Shown here: piece after piece, positions 30,928 to 41,367 of the stretch | How positions within the stretch are numbered: the stretch's first letter is position 1 | Layout of the letters: each line of letters starts with the position of its first letter | Assembly (NCBI RefSeq): GCF_050699915.1 | Contig: NZ_JBOHGA010000005.1 | Span: 278-64,277 of the forward strand | Source of the DNA: Actinophytocola sp. | GTDB lineage: Bacteria; Actinomycetota; Actinomycetes; Mycobacteriales; Pseudonocardiaceae | Length of the DNA: 64,000 nt | Reading direction: 5' to 3' | Translations under genes and position numbers: made by a program | Notes under the pieces: model-generated | Databases searched by the model: none | Told to the model about the DNA's origin: nothing | The model's input: only the letters and a program-made list of their open reading frames with translations

Positions 30928-31284
30928 CACGGCACCACCGCCGGCCACCCCGCTCGCACCACCGCCCGCTTCGACGGCCACGCCGTCGACCGCGCTACCA
31001 GCCAAGCCGCTGGCCAATCCTTCGATCGCGCAGTCGCCTGCGCCAGTGGCGGCGCCGCGTTCGTCGCCGTCCACAGCAGTCGCGCTGTCATGCGAGGCAC
31101 CGGCCGCGCCACAGCCCAGACCGCCGGCCGCGCCGCCGGCCGGAGATCCGCGACGGCACCGCCTGCGCTTGTCGTGCCGCGGGCTGGGGGAGCGACCGCG
31201 ATGCCATCAGCCGCGGCGCGGGCGTCACCGTCCACACCTCTGCCTCACCACGGGAGATATCCCAGCACAGTAGGGTCAGCTGGC

Positions 31285-32829
31285 ATGGGCGAGGGACGTG
31301 ACGCGCGGCGATCGGGCACCGAGTCCGGCGATCTCGCCGTCAGCCCCTTCCGCGCCGACCGTGATCGGATCGTCGCGTCGCCCTTCTTCGCGCGGCTCGG
31401 TGGCGTCACGCAGGTCGTCAGCGCCAGCGGGTCCGGGCTGCTGCACAACCGGCTCACGCACAGCCTCAAGGTCGCTCAGGTCGCCCGCGCGATCGCCGAG
31501 CGGATCAACGCCGACCCGCAACTCGCGCCATTGGTCGACGACCTCGGTGGCTGCGATCTCGACGTCGTGGAGGCCGCCGCCCTCGCGCACGACCTCGGGC
31601 ACCCACCGTTCGGCCACCTCGGCGAGCAGGAGCTCGACCGGCTCGCCCGGCACCGGTTCGCGCTGCCCGACGGGTTCGAGGGCAACGCCCAGAGTCTGCG
31701 CATCGTGACCACCACCGACACCGGCGGACCGGGCGCCGTCGGCCTCGACCTCACCGCCGCCGTGCGCGCCGCGATGCTGAAGTACCCGTGGTCCCGCCGC
31801 TCCCACCCCGAACCGCACCCGCGCGACATGCCCGACCCGCCGCGCGGCGCGTCCGAGCCACCCGGCGAGCCGGGGACCGGGTCGAGCAAGTTCTCCGTCT
31901 ACGTCACCGAGCTCGACGACCTCGTCCAGGCCCGCGAGCCCTTCGCCGGCCGCGTCGCCGGCTGGCAGCAGACCGTCGAGGCGTCCGTCATGGACACCGC
32001 CGACGACATCGCCTACGCCATCCACGACCTCGAGGACTTCCACCGCATCGGCGTCCTCCAACACGCCCCGGTCGCCGCCGAGCTCGGTCGCTGGCTCGGC
32101 TCCGCGCTGGAGCTCGCCGAGCTGACCGACGCCGAGCTCGCCGCCTACTCACGCCGCCCCGGCTACTCCCTCGAACAGCTCCGCCGCCGGCTGCACCGCC
32201 GCGACTCGTGGATCGTCGACGACGACGCGTTCGTCGCCGCCGTGTCGCGGGTGCGCACCGAGCTCGTCGACACCCTGCTCGCCACCCCCTTCGACGGCTC
32301 GGTGGAGGCCGAGCAGACGGTCGGCCGGTTCTCCTCCGGCTGGACCGTCCGGCTCGTCACCGACATCGGCGTGGCGCCCGACCCGCCGACCCGCTCCGGA
32401 CACGTGCAGCTCGCCCCGGCGCAGTGGCACGAGGTCCAGGTCCTCAAGTTCGTGCACCGCCGCTTCGTCCTACTGCGCCCCGACCTCGCGCTGCACCAGC
32501 GCGGCCAGGCGCAGCTGCTCGGCTCCCTCGTCCACGCCCTCGAACAGTGGCTCACCGACCGCTACGAGGCCAACCGCCTGCCGCGCCGGCTGCAGGACCT
32601 CGTCGCGCTCGCCGAGCACGAGTACGGCGTGCTCGCCGAGACCGATATGTCCACTTTGGTCGGTGCGGTCGGCGAGCCGCCCCAAGGCAGCGCCGGAGTC
32701 CGGGAACTGGCCAGGGGACGCGCGGTAATCGACTTCGTCGCGTCGCTCACTGACAGTCAGGCCGCCGCGCTCCTCGACGCGCTCTCTGGTCGCAGCGCAC
32801 AACCGTGGTCAGACGCATTCGTTCTGTGA
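31285..32829 (+). CDS. dGTP triphosphohydrolase (dGTPase) family HD protein
   Basis: DRDRI, HNRLTHS, AHDLGHPPFGH, FEGNAQ, DDIAYAIHD. Confidence 0.9.
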   Translation: MGEGRDARRSGTESGDLAVSPFRADRDRIVASPFFARLGGVTQVVSASGSGLLHNRLTHSLKVAQVARAIAERINADPQLAPLVDDLGGCDLDVVEAAALAHDLGHPPFGHLGEQELDRLARHRFALPDGFEGNAQSLRIVTTTDTGGPGAVGLDLTAAVRAAMLKYPWSRRSHPEPHPRDMPDPPRGASEPPGEPGTGSSKFSVYVTELDDLVQAREPFAGRVAGWQQTVEASVMDTADDIAYAIHDLEDFHRIGVLQHAPVAAELGRWLGSALELAELTDAELAAYSRRPGYSLEQLRRRLHRRDSWIVDDDAFVAAVSRVRTELVDTLLATPFDGSVEAEQTVGRFSSGWTVRLVTDIGVAPDPPTRSGHVQLAPAQWHEVQVLKFVHRRFVLLRPDLALHQRGQAQLLGSLVHALEQWLTDRYEANRLPRRLQDLVALAEHEYGVLAETDMSTLVGAVGEPPQGSAGVRELARGRAVIDFVASLTDSQAAALLDALSGRSAQPWSDAFVL

Positions 32830-32985
32830 GTCGCTAACAGCCGGCAATTGGTAACGCACATCCGGTGTGGTTGAGCCGAATGGCCGCTGTGGCGGAAAGC
32901 CACGAACCATAGGTTTGGCGCGGCCGGGGGTACCCGGTAGGGCTGTCCGTGAGTCGGGGCACGGCCCAATCGCGGAGGACGATCC

Positions 32986-35823
32986 GTGCGTAGACCTGCT
33001 CACGCATCCCGAAGATCCCGAGTCTTGTTCACCTCAGCCGCCTGCCTGCTCGCCGTCGTGGGGTTGGCGAGCCCGGCGGCCGCGGCCCCGCCGCCCGAGG
33101 ACCAGAAGGCCTCGGCCGCCGCTGAGAACGCGGCCAGGCAGATCGGCGCCCTGCAGGACATCAAGGCGAGCGCCGACAAGGTCGAGTCCAAAGTAGACAG
33201 TAAGCTCCTCGTGGCGCTCACTGCGCGGGCGGACGCGGCCGCGACGCGCGCGCTGCCGAAGCTGCAGAGCGGAGTCGCGGTCACCGGCAACCGGACCCTG
33301 GTGGACATCCGCGCCACCGTGTCCAACGACCTGCGCAAGACGCTCACCAACGCGGGCGCCACGCTGCGCTCGGTGTCCACGCGGTACGGAACGATCCGCG
33401 CCGACCTGCCGCTGTCCGCGATCGGTGCGATCGCGGCCCGGACGGACGTCAAGCGGATCGAGGTCGCCGGCGGCGCGATGACCGCGCGCGAGCTCGACCG
33501 CGGGGACACGTCGGCCAAGCCGGCCAAGCCGGAGTCCAAGCAGGCCAAGGTGACTCGGATCGCGCAGCGCACCCGCGCGGCGCTGGAGAACCGGGCCGGG
33601 CCGATCAACAGTGAGGGCGACCGGACGCACAACGCCGACACCTCGCGCGAGCAGATCGGCGTCACCGGCGTGGGCGTGAAGATCTGCGCCCTGTCCGACG
33701 GTGTGGACTCGCTGGCCGCCTCGCAGGCCGCCGGTGAGCTGCCGGCCGTCGACGTGCTGCCGACCCAGGCGGGCGGGGGCGACGAGGGCACCGCGATGCT
33801 GGAGATCATCCACGACGTGGCGCCGACCGCGGAGCTGGGCTTCGCGACCGCGTTCAACGGCGACGCCAGCTTCGCGGACAACATCCGCGCGCTGCGCTTC
33901 GACCTGGACTGCGACGTGATCGTCGACGACATCATCTACTTCAAGGAAGCGCCGTTCCAGGACTGGATCATCGCCCAGGCCGTGAACGACGTGATCGCCG
34001 ACGGCGCGCTGTACTTCTCCTCGGCGGGCAACGAGGGCAACACCGTCGACGGCACCGCCGCGCACTGGGAGGGTGACTTCGTCAACTCCGGCCAGGTGAT
34101 CGGCAAGTTCGCCGGGTACGCGCACGACTTCGACACCTCCGCGGCCACCCAGGTCTACCAGCCGATCTCGAACGCGTCGTCCGCGGGCGTGCCGGTACTG
34201 CTGAACTGGTCGGACCCGCTGGGCGCGTCGAACAACGACTACGACCTGTACCTGCTCGACGCGGCCGGCAACGTCGTCTCGATGAGCCAGGACTACCAGA
34301 CCGGCACGCAGGACGCCTACGAGCGGGTGGACACCCCGATCTTCGGCGGCAGCGGTCTGCGCCTGGCCGTGGTGAAGTTCCGCGGCGACGACCGGTACCT
34401 GTCGCTCTCGGCGCTGCGCGGCCGGTTCTCCGACTCGGCCGACGGGCTGAAGGCGTTCAACACGCCGGGCGTCACGTTCGGCCACTCGGCGGCGCGGGGC
34501 GCGTTCAGCGTGGCCGCGGCACCGGCGAACGACCCGTTGCCGTTCGACCTCGAGCCGGGCGACCCGCCGAACCCGCGGGGACCGTTCCCGGACGCGTACG
34601 ACGCCGACTCCGCGCTCGAGCGGTTCACCTCCGACGGCCCACGCCGGGTCTTCTACGAGGCCGACGGCACCGCGATCACGCCGGGCGACGTCAGCTCCAC
34701 CGGTGGCGAGGTGCGGCAGAAGCCGGACATCACCGCCGCGGACGGCGTGCTCACCAGCGTGCCCGGGTTCGATCCGTTCTTCGGCACCTCAGCGGCCGCC
34801 CCGCACGCGGCGGCGATCGCGGGCCTGGTCCTGTCGGGCAACCCCGGCATCGACCCGGCCGAGGTTCGCGAGGCGCTGACCAGCACGGCGATCGACATCG
34901 TCGAGCCGGGCGTGGACGGACGCAGCGGGCACGGCGTGATCCTGGCCGACAGGGTCCTGGCGTTCACCGGGGCCAGCCCGCAGCCGCTTGCCCAGGCGGC
35001 CGCGCCGACGGTCACCCCGAACGACGGCGGCCAGTTCCTGCACCCGGGTGACACCGCGACGGTCGACCTGCCGGTGACCAACATCGGCGACGCCACCGCG
35101 GTGTCGACGAGCGTGGTGCTGACCAGCCCGACCCCGGGTGTGACGATCACGCCGCGGGCGCAGTCCTACGGCACGATCGAGAAGAACGCCAGGGTGACGA
35201 AGTCGTTCCAGGTCACCGTGCCCTCGTCGCACCAGGTCGGCACTCCGCTGCGGCTGAACAGCCGGGTCACGTTCGCCGGGGCCTACTCGCCGAGCAACGC
35301 GAGCTTCACCGTCGAGGTGGGCGAGCCCTCACCGACCACTGTGGACTACGCGTACGCGGGTGCGCCGGTGGCGATCCCGGACAACAGCACGGTCGGCTCG
35401 AGCGTGACGATCCCGGTCAGCGGCATGGGTCCGGCGTCCAAGGTGACGTTCTCCATCGACGGCGCGACCTGTAACGCGACCGCGGGCTCGACCACGGTCG
35501 GCCTGGACCACACGTTCGTCGGTGACCTCGTCGGCATCGTCACCTCGCCGTCCGGGGCCACCGCGACCGTGTTCAGCGGTAACGGCGGCGGCGGAAACAA
35601 CCTGTGCCAGGTCGTGTTCGCCGACGACGCGGCGAACCCGTTCGCGTCGGTGACGCCGGTCCAGGCGCCGTTCACCGGCACCTGGCGTCCGGCCGACGCG
35701 TTCTCCGGCCTGCGCGGCCCGGCGGACGGCGACTGGACGTTCAGCGCGTTCGACCTCGCCGGCGCCGACACCGGTTCGATCCGGTCGGTTTCCTTGCACA
35801 TCAACGGGTACGTCACACCGTGA
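32986..35823 (+). CDS. Secreted subtilase (S8/S53-like) with C-terminal proprotein-convertase P domain
   Basis: Signal peptide, prodomain, LSDG, DEGTAM, SSAGN, KPDITAADG, GTSAAAPH, HTFVGDL...GDWTF. Confidence 0.88.
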   Translation: MRRPAHASRRSRVLFTSAACLLAVVGLASPAAAAPPPEDQKASAAAENAARQIGALQDIKASADKVESKVDSKLLVALTARADAAATRALPKLQSGVAVTGNRTLVDIRATVSNDLRKTLTNAGATLRSVSTRYGTIRADLPLSAIGAIAARTDVKRIEVAGGAMTARELDRGDTSAKPAKPESKQAKVTRIAQRTRAALENRAGPINSEGDRTHNADTSREQIGVTGVGVKICALSDGVDSLAASQAAGELPAVDVLPTQAGGGDEGTAMLEIIHDVAPTAELGFATAFNGDASFADNIRALRFDLDCDVIVDDIIYFKEAPFQDWIIAQAVNDVIADGALYFSSAGNEGNTVDGTAAHWEGDFVNSGQVIGKFAGYAHDFDTSAATQVYQPISNASSAGVPVLLNWSDPLGASNNDYDLYLLDAAGNVVSMSQDYQTGTQDAYERVDTPIFGGSGLRLAVVKFRGDDRYLSLSALRGRFSDSADGLKAFNTPGVTFGHSAARGAFSVAAAPANDPLPFDLEPGDPPNPRGPFPDAYDADSALERFTSDGPRRVFYEADGTAITPGDVSSTGGEVRQKPDITAADGVLTSVPGFDPFFGTSAAAPHAAAIAGLVLSGNPGIDPAEVREALTSTAIDIVEPGVDGRSGHGVILADRVLAFTGASPQPLAQAAAPTVTPNDGGQFLHPGDTATVDLPVTNIGDATAVSTSVVLTSPTPGVTITPRAQSYGTIEKNARVTKSFQVTVPSSHQVGTPLRLNSRVTFAGAYSPSNASFTVEVGEPSPTTVDYAYAGAPVAIPDNSTVGSSVTIPVSGMGPASKVTFSIDGATCNATAGSTTVGLDHTFVGDLVGIVTSPSGATATVFSGNGGGGNNLCQVVFADDAANPFASVTPVQAPFTGTWRPADAFSGLRGPADGDWTFSAFDLAGADTGSIRSVSLHINGYVTP

Positions 35824-35903
35824 CGTCCTGACCAACGCGCACGGCCGTCGTCGGCACCAGCCGGCGGCGGCCGTGCCTTGTCACCAGCCGCTACCGTCGG
35901 CGC

Positions 35904-36572
35904 GTGGGCAGAGCCAGGGCGGTGGCCGGGGGCGGGCGCGCGGTCGAGGTCGAGCCGGAGCGGGTGGCCGGCTGGTTCGAGCGCTTCGCCGGCCGGCACG
36001 GGGGAGTGGTCGGCACCGTCCGCGAGCCCGCTGCGGTGCGGGTCGACGCGGTCGACGGCTCCACAGCCACCTGCGCGGTGCCGTTCGGACCGCTCGGGTC
36101 CACCGGGTCGTTCGCGGGGCTCGCGATCGACCCACTGGTGGCTCACCTGCTCACGCCGCGCCGCATCGGGCTGCTGCTCGTCCGGTTGGGCGGTCACGCC
36201 GTCGGCGTCTCGCGGGACGGCGTGGTGGAGGTGTCGCGGACCGACCGGCGGCCGGTGCACGGGCGCAGCGCCGCGGGCGGCTGGTCGCAGCAGCGGTTCG
36301 CCCGCCGCCGCGACGGGCAGGTTCGGGTGGCGCTGCGGGCGGCGGCCGACGACGCGGTGGCGGTGCTGGTGCCCCGGCTGTCCGAACTGGACGCGGTGGT
36401 GCTCGGCGGCGACCAGCGCGCACTCGACGTCTTGCGCGCCGATTCTCGACTCGCGAAGCTGTTCGCGCTCGCGCAGCCGCGAGCGCTCGACGTGCCCGAG
36501 CCGCGCCGCACCGTCCTCGAGGACGCGGCCCGGCGGTCGCGCGACGTCGAGATCGTGGTGCGGGAGGCGTAG
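35904..36572 (+). CDS. acVLRF1 family peptidyl-tRNA hydrolase / release factor
   Basis: LLVRLGGHAVGV, VHGRSAAGGWSQQRFARRR, LGGD, VPEPRR. Confidence 0.88.
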   Translation: MGRARAVAGGGRAVEVEPERVAGWFERFAGRHGGVVGTVREPAAVRVDAVDGSTATCAVPFGPLGSTGSFAGLAIDPLVAHLLTPRRIGLLLVRLGGHAVGVSRDGVVEVSRTDRRPVHGRSAAGGWSQQRFARRRDGQVRVALRAAADDAVAVLVPRLSELDAVVLGGDQRALDVLRADSRLAKLFALAQPRALDVPEPRRTVLEDAARRSRDVEIVVREA

Positions 36573-36580
36573 GAGGACGA

Positions 36581-37012
36581 GTGGCCAAGGTGAACGCGTC
36601 GGTCTCGGTGCCGGCGACGCCCGAGCGGACCTGGGCCACGGCCGCTGACCTGTCCCGCTTCGGCGAGTGGCTGACCCTGCACGAGGGCTGGCGCGGCGAG
36701 GTGCCGGCCGAGATCGGCGAGGGCACCGACCTGACGTCGGTGGTCGCGGTGATGGGCCTGCGCAACCGCGTGCGGTGGCATGTCGAGCGCTACGCCCCGC
36801 CGACCGGCCTGACGATCTCCGGCCGGGGCGTGGGCGGCGTGCGGATCGCGCTGGACCTGACGGTCCGCGGCGACGGCGACGGCCACTCGAAGATCACGGT
36901 CGACGCCGACGTCACCGGCCGGCCGGTCTTCGGCCCGGTCGGCATGGCGATCGGCCGGGCCGTGCGCGCCGACCTGCGCAAGTCGGTCGCCACCCTGGCC
37001 ACGCTCGTCTAG
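36581..37012 (+). CDS. SRPBCC family protein (Rv0910-like)
   Basis: WATAADLSRFGEWLTLHEGWRG; AGGAGG RBS overlaps the upstream stop. Confidence 0.8.
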   Translation: MAKVNASVSVPATPERTWATAADLSRFGEWLTLHEGWRGEVPAEIGEGTDLTSVVAVMGLRNRVRWHVERYAPPTGLTISGRGVGGVRIALDLTVRGDGDGHSKITVDADVTGRPVFGPVGMAIGRAVRADLRKSVATLATLV

Positions 37013-37023
37013 CCGGCCGGTTG

Positions 37024-37791
37024 TCAGCCCAGGGTGCCGGTGGCCAGCATGCCGCCGTCCACCCGGACGGTCTCGCCGGTGATCCAGCTCGCCTGGTCTG
37101 AGGCCAGGAACGCGACGAGCTGCGCGACGTCGGCCGGTTCGCCGAGGCGCTTCATCGGGTACGCGTTCGCCGCCTGCTCCTCGCGCTCGCTGTAGAGCAT
37201 CTCGGCGAACTTCGTCTTCACCACGGCCGGCGCCACGGCGTTGACCCGCACGCCCGGCCCGAGCTGCCAGGCCAGCTCCTCGGTCAGCCGGATCAGCGCG
37301 GCCTTGCTCGCGCCATACGCGGCGAGCAGGCCGGACGAACGCAGCCCGGCGATCGAGGCGATGTTCACGATCGAGCCGCCGTGCTCGGCCATCCACGCCT
37401 TCAGTGCCAGCTGGACGAAGCCGAGCGCGCCGACCACGTTGACGTCGAAGATCTTGCGCACCGCCCCGAGGTCGGCCTCGGCCAGCGGGCCGTAGGTCGG
37501 GTTGATGCCGGTGTTGTTGATCAGCACGTCGAGCCGGCCGAACTCCTCGGTCGTGCGCCGGACGACCTCCTCCCGGTCCTCGTCGCGGCCGGTGTTCGCG
37601 GGGACGGCGAGCACCTTCGCGTCCGGCACGTCGGCGCGCACCGCCTCGGCCGCGGCCTCGACCTGTTCCGGCTTGCGTGAGGAGATCGTCACCGCCGCCC
37701 CGCCGCGAGCCAGCTCGGTCGCTATCGCGAGTCCGATGCCGCGGCTGGCACCCGTCACCAGCGCGACCTTGCCGTGGAAGTCAGGAGTCAT
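37024..37791 (-). CDS. Short-chain dehydrogenase/reductase
   Basis: TGASRGIG, NIAS, YGASK, VNAVAPAVVKT. Confidence 0.93.
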   Translation of the reverse strand: MTPDFHGKVALVTGASRGIGLAIATELARGGAAVTISSRKPEQVEAAAEAVRADVPDAKVLAVPANTGRDEDREEVVRRTTEEFGRLDVLINNTGINPTYGPLAEADLGAVRKIFDVNVVGALGFVQLALKAWMAEHGGSIVNIASIAGLRSSGLLAAYGASKAALIRLTEELAWQLGPGVRVNAVAPAVVKTKFAEMLYSEREEQAANAYPMKRLGEPADVAQLVAFLASDQASWITGETVRVDGGMLATGTLG

Positions 37792-37858
37792 AGCCGCTGA
37801 CTCTACTAAGCGGCTGCTTAGCGCACACCGTGCGCTCAATTACGTTGCCGGCAACCCG

Positions 37859-37967
37859 TAGACTCGGGTCCGTGGTGGTTCGTACGGACTAGGCCGCAGG
37901 CGGGCTCGCCGGTCACGACCGGCGAGCGGACGAGGCCTGCCCACCACCACCTCCACGGAGTCTCCGC
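37859..37967 (+). promoter_or_regulatory. Putative attenuator leader of the ABC-F gene with leaderless uORF MVVRTD (37872-37892)
   Basis: TAGACT -10-like hexamer, then GTG GTG GTT CGT ACG GAC TAG; nested stems gtggtggt/accaccac, gcaggc/gcctgc, ctcgccggt/accggcgag. Confidence 0.5.
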
Positions 37968-39596
<1,629 letters not shown>

Positions 39597-39727
39597 TCCC
39601 TCGTCCGGGGGTGTGCGAGTTCATAGCTATTTTCGATCTCGTCTGGCATTCCTCGCGGTCGTGTTCGATCATTGCGTCGGCAGGTGTCATCAGAATCCTC
39701 CGTCACACGCTACGGAAGGCGGACGAC

Positions 39728-39937
39728 GTGGCCGATCTGAAGAAGGGCGCGCGGATCACGGGCAGTACGCGCGACAAGCTGGCCGCTGACCTCAAGAAGA
39801 AGTACGAGAAGGGCGCCAGCATCCGCGCCCTGGCCGAGTCCACGGGTCGGTCCTACGGTTTCGTGCACCGGGTGCTGTCGGAATCCGGTGTCACGCTGCG
39901 GGGTCGTGGCGGCGCCACCCGTACCAAGAAGAAGTAG
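39728..39937 (+). CDS. Small HTH protein (Rv1473A-like)
   Basis: YEKGASIRALAESTGRSYGFVHRVLSESGV; syntenic after the ABC-F. Confidence 0.9.
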   Translation: MADLKKGARITGSTRDKLAADLKKKYEKGASIRALAESTGRSYGFVHRVLSESGVTLRGRGGATRTKKK

Positions 39938-39945
39938 GTTCCGTC

Positions 39946-41262
39946 CTAGGGTTGGCTGCCGCGGGTGTCGGGGTTCGCGACCAGTTCATCGGTCGGTCCC
40001 GCGGTTGTCCGGTCCGTCCGGCGCCGCCCCGGCGTCGTTCCGCCGACGGAAGCGAACCCGATCATCGCGCCGAGCAGGGCCAGCGGGTAGATCAGGTAGC
40101 CCCAACGCGTGGCCGGCGCGAGGATGATCGCCGCCCCGAGACCGGTGGCGATCCGCAGCGTCGCATCCGCGGGATCCCGTGGTGGGCGCAGGAACAACCA
40201 TGCGACGATCGCGCATGCCGCCGTGGCGAGCAGCGCCAGCGACAGGGCGTGCCCGACCGGTCCCAGGCCCGCGATCAGGTGTCCCGGCAGCGGACTCCGC
40301 GCCGGTGAGCCGGCCTGACCGAGCCCGGCCGGGTAGAGGATCACGTGCTCGGCGAACGACGCCGGGTCGACAAGCAGCACGGGCACCACGATCACCGCGC
40401 TCGCCGCGACGGTCGTGCCGAGGAAGATCGCGAGGCCGCGGCGGCCGCCGCGGTAGGCCAGCACCGCGACCGCGAGTACCACGAGCGCGGGCAGGGCGGT
40501 CAGCTTCATCGTGACCACGACCGCACACACCACACCCGCCCAACCCGGTCGGCCGCGGTGGACCAGCGCGACGGCGAGCACGATCAGCGCGATCACCGGG
40601 AGGTCGTCGCCCGCGACGGTCATCGTCAGCAGCGTGAGCGGGCTGATCGCGGCGAGCTGCGCGGCCGCCACCGGCACGCGCGGCCACCCCAGGACCGCGA
40701 ACGCCAGCACGATGATCAGCACGCTCGCCACGGCGAACGCCACGCGGGCGTCGGTGAGCGCGGCGTCGCCGAGCAGCGCACGCGGCAGGCCGAGCACGGT
40801 CATCGACGGGCCGTAGGGCGTGTAGTCGTCCGGGTGCGCCGGCCGGTCGAGCAGGCTCAGGTCGGGGTAGGGCGTGCCGTTGTCGAGCAGGAGGTCCGCG
40901 GATCGCTCGACGACCCACACCTCGGGCTGGGCCGGGAACGACCACGGCCACGGACCCCACACGAAGTCCGGCGCCCGGCGGAAGACCAGCACGAGCAGCG
41001 GCACGATCCCGCCGAGCAGACCGGCGACGGCGATCGGCGTCCACCGCGAACGCAGCAGCCCGGCGAAAACTGTCGGTGGTGTCCGCGACACTAGAGCCAA
41101 CCCGGTGAGTGCGGTGGCGAGCAGGTAGCCGACCGAGGCGAGGTTGCCCCAGACGCGGTAGCCGTAGAACTCGGAGAACACCGCGGTCGCCGCCGCGAAC
41201 AGCAGGCTCACCAGGTAGAAGAGCAGGTCGAAGCGGCGTGCGCGCTGCCCGGTCTGCTCCAC
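39946..41262 (-). CDS. GT87-like membrane glycosyltransferase
   Basis: Multi-TM protein with QPEVWVVE, GTPY, YTPYGP, GDDLPV. Confidence 0.75.
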   Translation of the reverse strand: MEQTGQRARRFDLLFYLVSLLFAAATAVFSEFYGYRVWGNLASVGYLLATALTGLALVSRTPPTVFAGLLRSRWTPIAVAGLLGGIVPLLVLVFRRAPDFVWGPWPWSFPAQPEVWVVERSADLLLDNGTPYPDLSLLDRPAHPDDYTPYGPSMTVLGLPRALLGDAALTDARVAFAVASVLIIVLAFAVLGWPRVPVAAAQLAAISPLTLLTMTVAGDDLPVIALIVLAVALVHRGRPGWAGVVCAVVVTMKLTALPALVVLAVAVLAYRGGRRGLAIFLGTTVAASAVIVVPVLLVDPASFAEHVILYPAGLGQAGSPARSPLPGHLIAGLGPVGHALSLALLATAACAIVAWLFLRPPRDPADATLRIATGLGAAIILAPATRWGYLIYPLALLGAMIGFASVGGTTPGRRRTDRTTAGPTDELVANPDTRGSQP

Positions 41263-41367
41263 GCGGGCAGGCTACTAGTGCGGCGCGTTCGCTCTCCGGG
41301 TAACCGGGAAGGCCCGCGCGATGGCCGGCGTTGTGCCGGGGCGACGGGGGAAGGAAGTGGGGCTGTA

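Noticed and set aside
30928-31284. N-terminal extension of the lycopene cyclase ORF and plus-strand extension of the dGTPase ORF
   Set aside because: Low-complexity Ala/Gly/Pro sequence; the conserved domains begin at ATG 30927 and ATG 31285.
36581-37012. Calling the SRPBCC gene a toxin-antitoxin module
   Set aside because: No Rv0909-like antitoxin is adjacent; kept only as a weak lead.
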